Positions 59,796-64,000 of a stretch of 64,000 nt of DNA are shown piece by piece. Under the pieces are notes generated by a model, which ran no database searches, was not told where the DNA came from, and saw only the letters and a program-made list of their open reading frames with translations. Numbering within the stretch: position 1 is the first letter of the stretch; the number at the start of each line of letters is the position of its first letter. This DNA comes from Planctomycetota bacterium (lineage in GTDB: Bacteria; Planctomycetota; JAJSAM01; JAJVHW01), in NCBI GenBank assembly GCA_965248445.1, contig CBDFJG010000003.1, positions 1,632,001 to 1,696,000 of the forward strand, read 5' to 3'. Both the position numbers and the translations under genes were made by a program.

Positions 59796-62495
59796 AGTGG
59801 AACGGTCTACGTGATCGCAGAGGACGGGAAGGACCTGCGCCTCTACGCGTTCGAGGGGCGCACGGGCACGTTGATCTCGGAGCGCAAGCTCGGTCGGAGC
59901 CGTCCCGCGACACTCGCCGCGTGGGGTAACCGCGTGATCGTCGTGCAGGACGGCACGGTCAGCGGCGTCCCACTCAAGGACGGCGCGTTCGGCATGCCGT
60001 GGCGCAAGAAGGGCGACTACTCGGGCGCCCCGTGCGTCTGGAACGGGCGCCTGCTCATCCGCGGCAAGAAGGGCCTGAACCTGATGGACGCGACGACCGG
60101 GCGCGTCATGACGACCGGGGACGGTCCGTCGCCCGCCAGCAAGGCCGTTGTCACCAACATCGGCTCCGTCGCGATCCGCGTCGTGAACGACACGCCGGTC
60201 GCGTCGTGGGTGACGCACACCAACTACAAGGATCCCGGCACCGACGACGTCGTGGTGCTCAGCACGCTGGGCGTACTCGACGCGGAGTCGCGCAAACCGA
60301 AGTTGAAGGGCGTGCGTGGTGCGGGTGGCTTCAAGACGCTGAAGCCGAAGCAGAGTCTCGACGTGGATCGCGCGCCGCTCGCCACGCTGGCATGGCTCGG
60401 TGGGGACAACTCCGGGGACAAGGGCGTCATGCTCATGATCTCCGCGGACTGCGGGGCATGGTCCGGCTCGATCGGCCTCAATCCGAAGGGCGGTCAGCTC
60501 GGACCACAGATGACCGGGCAGCCCTCGTTGATGGACGGAACGCTCTACGGATTCGCAAAGAGCGGCGAGCTGCGGGCGATGAACCTCGAGAGCGGCAAGG
60601 TGCGGCCGCTCGCCAGCGTCGACAAGCTACCCAAGGGTGCGCGGCCCGGACCGTCGTGCTCGTGGTCGGACGCCGTGTGCTTCGGCAACTGGGCGATGGA
60701 CATGTCCACCGGGCGCACGCTCTGGGTGCTTCCGGACCTCCCCGAGATCGTCGCGACCGTTCCGATTACCGACGGCTTCCTGATGCTCGCTACGAAGACG
60801 AACGAACGGATCGGCCTCGCCGAGCCCGGCCGCGCAGTACCAGCGGCAGCCGTGACGGGCGCCGACGGCCCCGCCGTGCGCACAGCGGGGAGCGAGGCCG
60901 CCCCACCCGCGCCCGCACCCGGAGACGGCATCCTGATGAAGGACGGCCGCAAGGTGCTCGGCACCGCCGAGGCCAGCGATGACACAGTCACCATTACGCC
61001 GACCGAGGGCGAGCCGTTCGACGTGCCGCGCGATCAGGTCGCCGCCGTCGAGGAAGGCGGCGAGATCGTCCTGCGAGGCGAGGAACCCGCGGTGCTCGGC
61101 GCGTGGCAGACGGTGCTCGACGGCATGGTCGTGCGCACGCTCGCCGAGCAGATCGACATCTACCGCAAGGAGAAGCTGATCAAGGCCTCGCGGCGGCTGC
61201 TCGACCAGATGCGCACGTTCAACATCGGGAGCGCGTACGCGGACGAGTTGCAGAAGTCGTTGTCCGGCCAGCGCGAAAACCCCAACGCCGACCTCAAGAT
61301 GAAGCGGCTCGGTCTGGAAGAGGAGAAGCGGCGCGACCTTCTCGAGAAGGCCGTCAACGCGGCGATCGACTGGTGCGAGGAGAACGACTACCCCGGTGCA
61401 GCAACTGCGCTCCTCGATCACGCAGGACGACTGGGCGTGTCCGACGACGACGTCCTCGCCCGCGCTAAGGAGCTGATGCCCGACGAGTTCCCGTGGAAGG
61501 ACGACAAGACCGCAGCCAAGCAGTGGCTCACCTGGGCTCTCGAGATCGTCCCCGCCGGCGGCGCGTTCCTCGACGAGGACCACTCGCTGCGCAATCGCGC
61601 CGGTAACGAGCCCTGGTACGAAGACACGATTCTCCTGCGCACCGAGAACCTGCTCCTGTTCTCCCGCGCGCACGACCCCGGCGTCGTCGGCATGTGTCTG
61701 CGCACCGGCGAGGGCACGGTGCGCGCACTGCACGCGCTACTCGGCGAGAGCGCCACCGGCGGCAGCGGCCTGCTGGACATCCGCCTGCACGCCAACCGCA
61801 AGGAGTACCTCGCCGAGGAGACCCGGGGCGAGAAGGCGCCCGTGTGGAGCGCCGGCTACTACTCCCCCGGGCTCAGCGCATCGCGCTTCTACGTGTCCGG
61901 CCCCGGCGACGCGGAGTCGACGCGCGGCAACCTCGGCCGCGAGCTGAAGTCGACGCTGTCCCACGAGATCACGCACCACTGGTTGTCCGAGCGGTGGATG
62001 TCCGCCGGTTCCAGCCGACGCGGGTCCGCGGTGCCCGGCTACTGGATCGTGGAGGGCTTCGCGCGCTTCATCGAGGACCAGTCCCAGGAGATGAGCCGCC
62101 GCCGCGGACGGCTCGACGACGAGACGGCACCGTCCCTCGACTCCGCGTCGCAAGTCGCGCGCGTCGACAAGCTGATGGACACGGCGGAACTCGTCGGCAT
62201 GAACCAGTTCGAGTTCGGACAGATCAAGGAGAAGCCCGTCGCGACGATCACGCTGCGCAACACGATGCAGTCGCGCGTCGTGGACGTGCGCGGGCTCTTC
62301 TACGAGCAGTCCGGCGGACTCGTGTTCTTCCTCATGAACAAGTGCGGCGAGGACACGCGCGAGGCGATGATCAACTACATGCGCCAGCACTACGAGGGGC
62401 GGTCCCCTTCCGAGCCGTTCAGCAACCTCGGCTTCGAGGACGGCAAGGACTTCCACGCGAAGTACGAGGCCTATCTCAAGTCGCTGGCGGAGTAG
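59787..62495 (+). CDS. PQQ-like beta-propeller plus gluzincin (DUF1570-like) metallopeptidase protein, probably 5'-truncated
   Basis: PxxW.GxV repeats; HEITHH...WIVEGFA; FYEQSGGLVFFL. No signal peptide or RBS at the 5' end. Confidence 0.72.
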   Translation, partial: VFWSGTVYVIAEDGKDLRLYAFEGRTGTLISERKLGRSRPATLAAWGNRVIVVQDGTVSGVPLKDGAFGMPWRKKGDYSGAPCVWNGRLLIRGKKGLNLMDATTGRVMTTGDGPSPASKAVVTNIGSVAIRVVNDTPVASWVTHTNYKDPGTDDVVVLSTLGVLDAESRKPKLKGVRGAGGFKTLKPKQSLDVDRAPLATLAWLGGDNSGDKGVMLMISADCGAWSGSIGLNPKGGQLGPQMTGQPSLMDGTLYGFAKSGELRAMNLESGKVRPLASVDKLPKGARPGPSCSWSDAVCFGNWAMDMSTGRTLWVLPDLPEIVATVPITDGFLMLATKTNERIGLAEPGRAVPAAAVTGADGPAVRTAGSEAAPPAPAPGDGILMKDGRKVLGTAEASDDTVTITPTEGEPFDVPRDQVAAVEEGGEIVLRGEEPAVLGAWQTVLDGMVVRTLAEQIDIYRKEKLIKASRRLLDQMRTFNIGSAYADELQKSLSGQRENPNADLKMKRLGLEEEKRRDLLEKAVNAAIDWCEENDYPGAATALLDHAGRLGVSDDDVLARAKELMPDEFPWKDDKTAAKQWLTWALEIVPAGGAFLDEDHSLRNRAGNEPWYEDTILLRTENLLLFSRAHDPGVVGMCLRTGEGTVRALHALLGESATGGSGLLDIRLHANRKEYLAEETRGEKAPVWSAGYYSPGLSASRFYVSGPGDAESTRGNLGRELKSTLSHEITHHWLSERWMSAGSSRRGSAVPGYWIVEGFARFIEDQSQEMSRRRGRLDDETAPSLDSASQVARVDKLMDTAELVGMNQFEFGQIKEKPVATITLRNTMQSRVVDVRGLFYEQSGGLVFFLMNKCGEDTREAMINYMRQHYEGRSPSEPFSNLGFEDGKDFHAKYEAYLKSLAE

Positions 62496-62499
62496 CGGC

Positions 62500-63348
62500 G
62501 TGCGCCTTGTCGTCGCGCTTCTCCTCGCACTGGCGCTCGCCGCATGCGGTGGCGGAGTCGAGGAGCCAGATCCTGCGACCGCCGGCACCGAGGACCCGCA
62601 ACCGGCGAGACCGCTGCCGCTGAGCGTCGCCGACGGCGCGAGCGTTCGATACTCGCACTCGCTCCTGCTCTCCAAGGACGGGAAGAGAGAGTTCGAGATC
62701 GTGCGCGATGTGCGTCTCGCGCGCGAGCCCGCGGCGTCCGGCGCGATCCTGTCGTTCGTTTGCGAGCGATTACGGGTCCGGATGGGCGATTCGCAGGGCT
62801 TGTGGGACTTCGACTCCGACGACTCCACGGTGGAAGACGTGATGTCGGTCGAAAACCCGCCGGATATCGTGCGCGCCGCGAGATTGGCCGACACGGCGCT
62901 CGGCGATTACTCCGCGCAGTTCGACGCAGCGGGAGTCCTGCGGAATCTCGAGGCGATCAAGGGTGAGCTCGCCACGGGCGACGGGGAAGACGACCCGGTT
63001 CGCTCCCTCCTGGCCGAACTGTCCCACCGGCCCGAGATGTTCCTGCTCACCGAACTCGACAACGGCTGGTGGAAGCACGACGAGCTCCACATGACTCTGC
63101 TCGGCCCGCGCGTTCGCGGGACCCTGGAACTCTGGAAGAGCGCGCGTCCTCGGCCCCATGACGAGGCGTGGCTGTGGGACGGTGAAGCGGTCCTTCGTGG
63201 ATTGGACGGCACGGACCATCCGGCAGAGGTGGTCATGTCCTATCGCGGCGACGGCCCGGGCCCGCGACACACGGCGAGCGTGAAGCTGGTCACGAAAGAC
63301 GGCGAGGCGGGGCTTGGGCTCTACGTATCCGTCATGCGCCTGGAGTAG
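62500..63348 (+). CDS. Hypothetical lipoprotein
   Basis: Lipobox LAAC. Confidence 0.72.
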   Translation: MRLVVALLLALALAACGGGVEEPDPATAGTEDPQPARPLPLSVADGASVRYSHSLLLSKDGKREFEIVRDVRLAREPAASGAILSFVCERLRVRMGDSQGLWDFDSDDSTVEDVMSVENPPDIVRAARLADTALGDYSAQFDAAGVLRNLEAIKGELATGDGEDDPVRSLLAELSHRPEMFLLTELDNGWWKHDELHMTLLGPRVRGTLELWKSARPRPHDEAWLWDGEAVLRGLDGTDHPAEVVMSYRGDGPGPRHTASVKLVTKDGEAGLGLYVSVMRLE

Positions 63349-63385
63349 CGCGGCCTCCTCTAGGTCGTCGCGCTATCGTCACCAC

Positions 63386-64000
63386 ATGAAAGCCGCCCTC
63401 CTGGTCGCGCTCGCGCTGTTCGCGGCGGGGACCTGTGCGTGCGACACGGCGACAGAGCCCGTGGCCGGCCTTGTGCTCGCCGAGGGCGAGTCCTCGCAGT
63501 TCGTGCGTCGGTTCACGCTCTCGCGCGGCGATGAAGTGCAGCTCGTAATCGCGCAACGGCTCTCCGTCACGCGCGAACCTGCCGAGACGGGTGAGATCAT
63601 CGGCGTCACCTGCGAACGGGCGCGCGTCTGGTGGGGTAGCAGCGAGGGCACACCCGACTTCGACTCCGATGTCCAGTCCGTCGCCGACATCATGGCAGAG
63701 CCAGATGGTGACGTCGGAGTCGAGTACGCCGCGACCTGGGCGGCCCCCGCCATGCTCGGTCTCGTGGCGCATCTGGACGACGACGGCAACGTCACGTCGC
63801 TCTCTGCAAGCACTGGGGAGCTCGAGTCCGGCGACGAAGAGGAGGACGCGGCGCACGCGGTGCTCGCCGAGGCCATCAGCCGGCCGGAGAGCCTGCTCAT
63901 CTCCAACTTCGACCGGCGCGAGCGACCCACACGCGCCGCCGCGGCGTTCGGACCCCGCGTCGCCGGCGAGCTCGCGAACAAGGGGAAGATCGCGACCGGA
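63386..64000 (+). CDS. Hypothetical exported protein, paralog of 62500-63348 (partial at window edge)
   Basis: MKAALLVALALFAAGTCAC; shares REPA..G....CER.RV..G....DFDSD with the upstream gene. Confidence 0.7.
   Translation, partial: MKAALLVALALFAAGTCACDTATEPVAGLVLAEGESSQFVRRFTLSRGDEVQLVIAQRLSVTREPAETGEIIGVTCERARVWWGSSEGTPDFDSDVQSVADIMAEPDGDVGVEYAATWAAPAMLGLVAHLDDDGNVTSLSASTGELESGDEEEDAAHAVLAEAISRPESLLISNFDRRERPTRAAAAFGPRVAGELANKGKIATG

Noticed and set aside
57608..59929. 773-aa plus-strand ORF
   Set aside because: Off-frame or antisense shadow of two real genes, Arg/Gly-rich with no motif.

Overview
High-GC (about 70%) bacterial DNA, most likely Planctomycetota (inferred from large ECF/anti-sigma, HEAT, GSDH-cytochrome and DUF1570-like genes). 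The window is a mosaic. (1) 1-2932 is a prophage fragment carrying a C5 DNA methyltransferase and an IS-truncated N4/N6 methyltransferase. The C5 gene is dual-coded: motif IX and five WPTP repeats lie in an overlapping frame, and ~50-bp direct repeats bracket it. (2) An IS3 element joins that fragment to half of a kptA gene. (3) A ~7-kb capsid-less phage-satellite-like element sits between two related IS66 elements. It encodes an integrase, AlpA, ParB-methyltransferase, small terminase, cos-like site, frameshifted DnaB-N/SF3 helicase and an HTH protein. (4) ~32 kb of host genes follow: truncated heme peroxidase, ECF sigma with a 1919-aa FecR-VIT-vWA-TPR partner, rsmG, pruA, aceE, a sigma54 activator with an in-frame TGA and its AhpD/PNPOx target operon, an M16 protease and an aldo/keto reductase. 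(5) A second prophage remnant (46.5-51.5 kb) ends at another IS3. (6) The remaining host genes include a head-to-head junction of two 5'-truncated genes at ~59790. No rRNA, tRNA or CRISPR array was recognised. All family assignments come from motif recognition by eye, without database searches.
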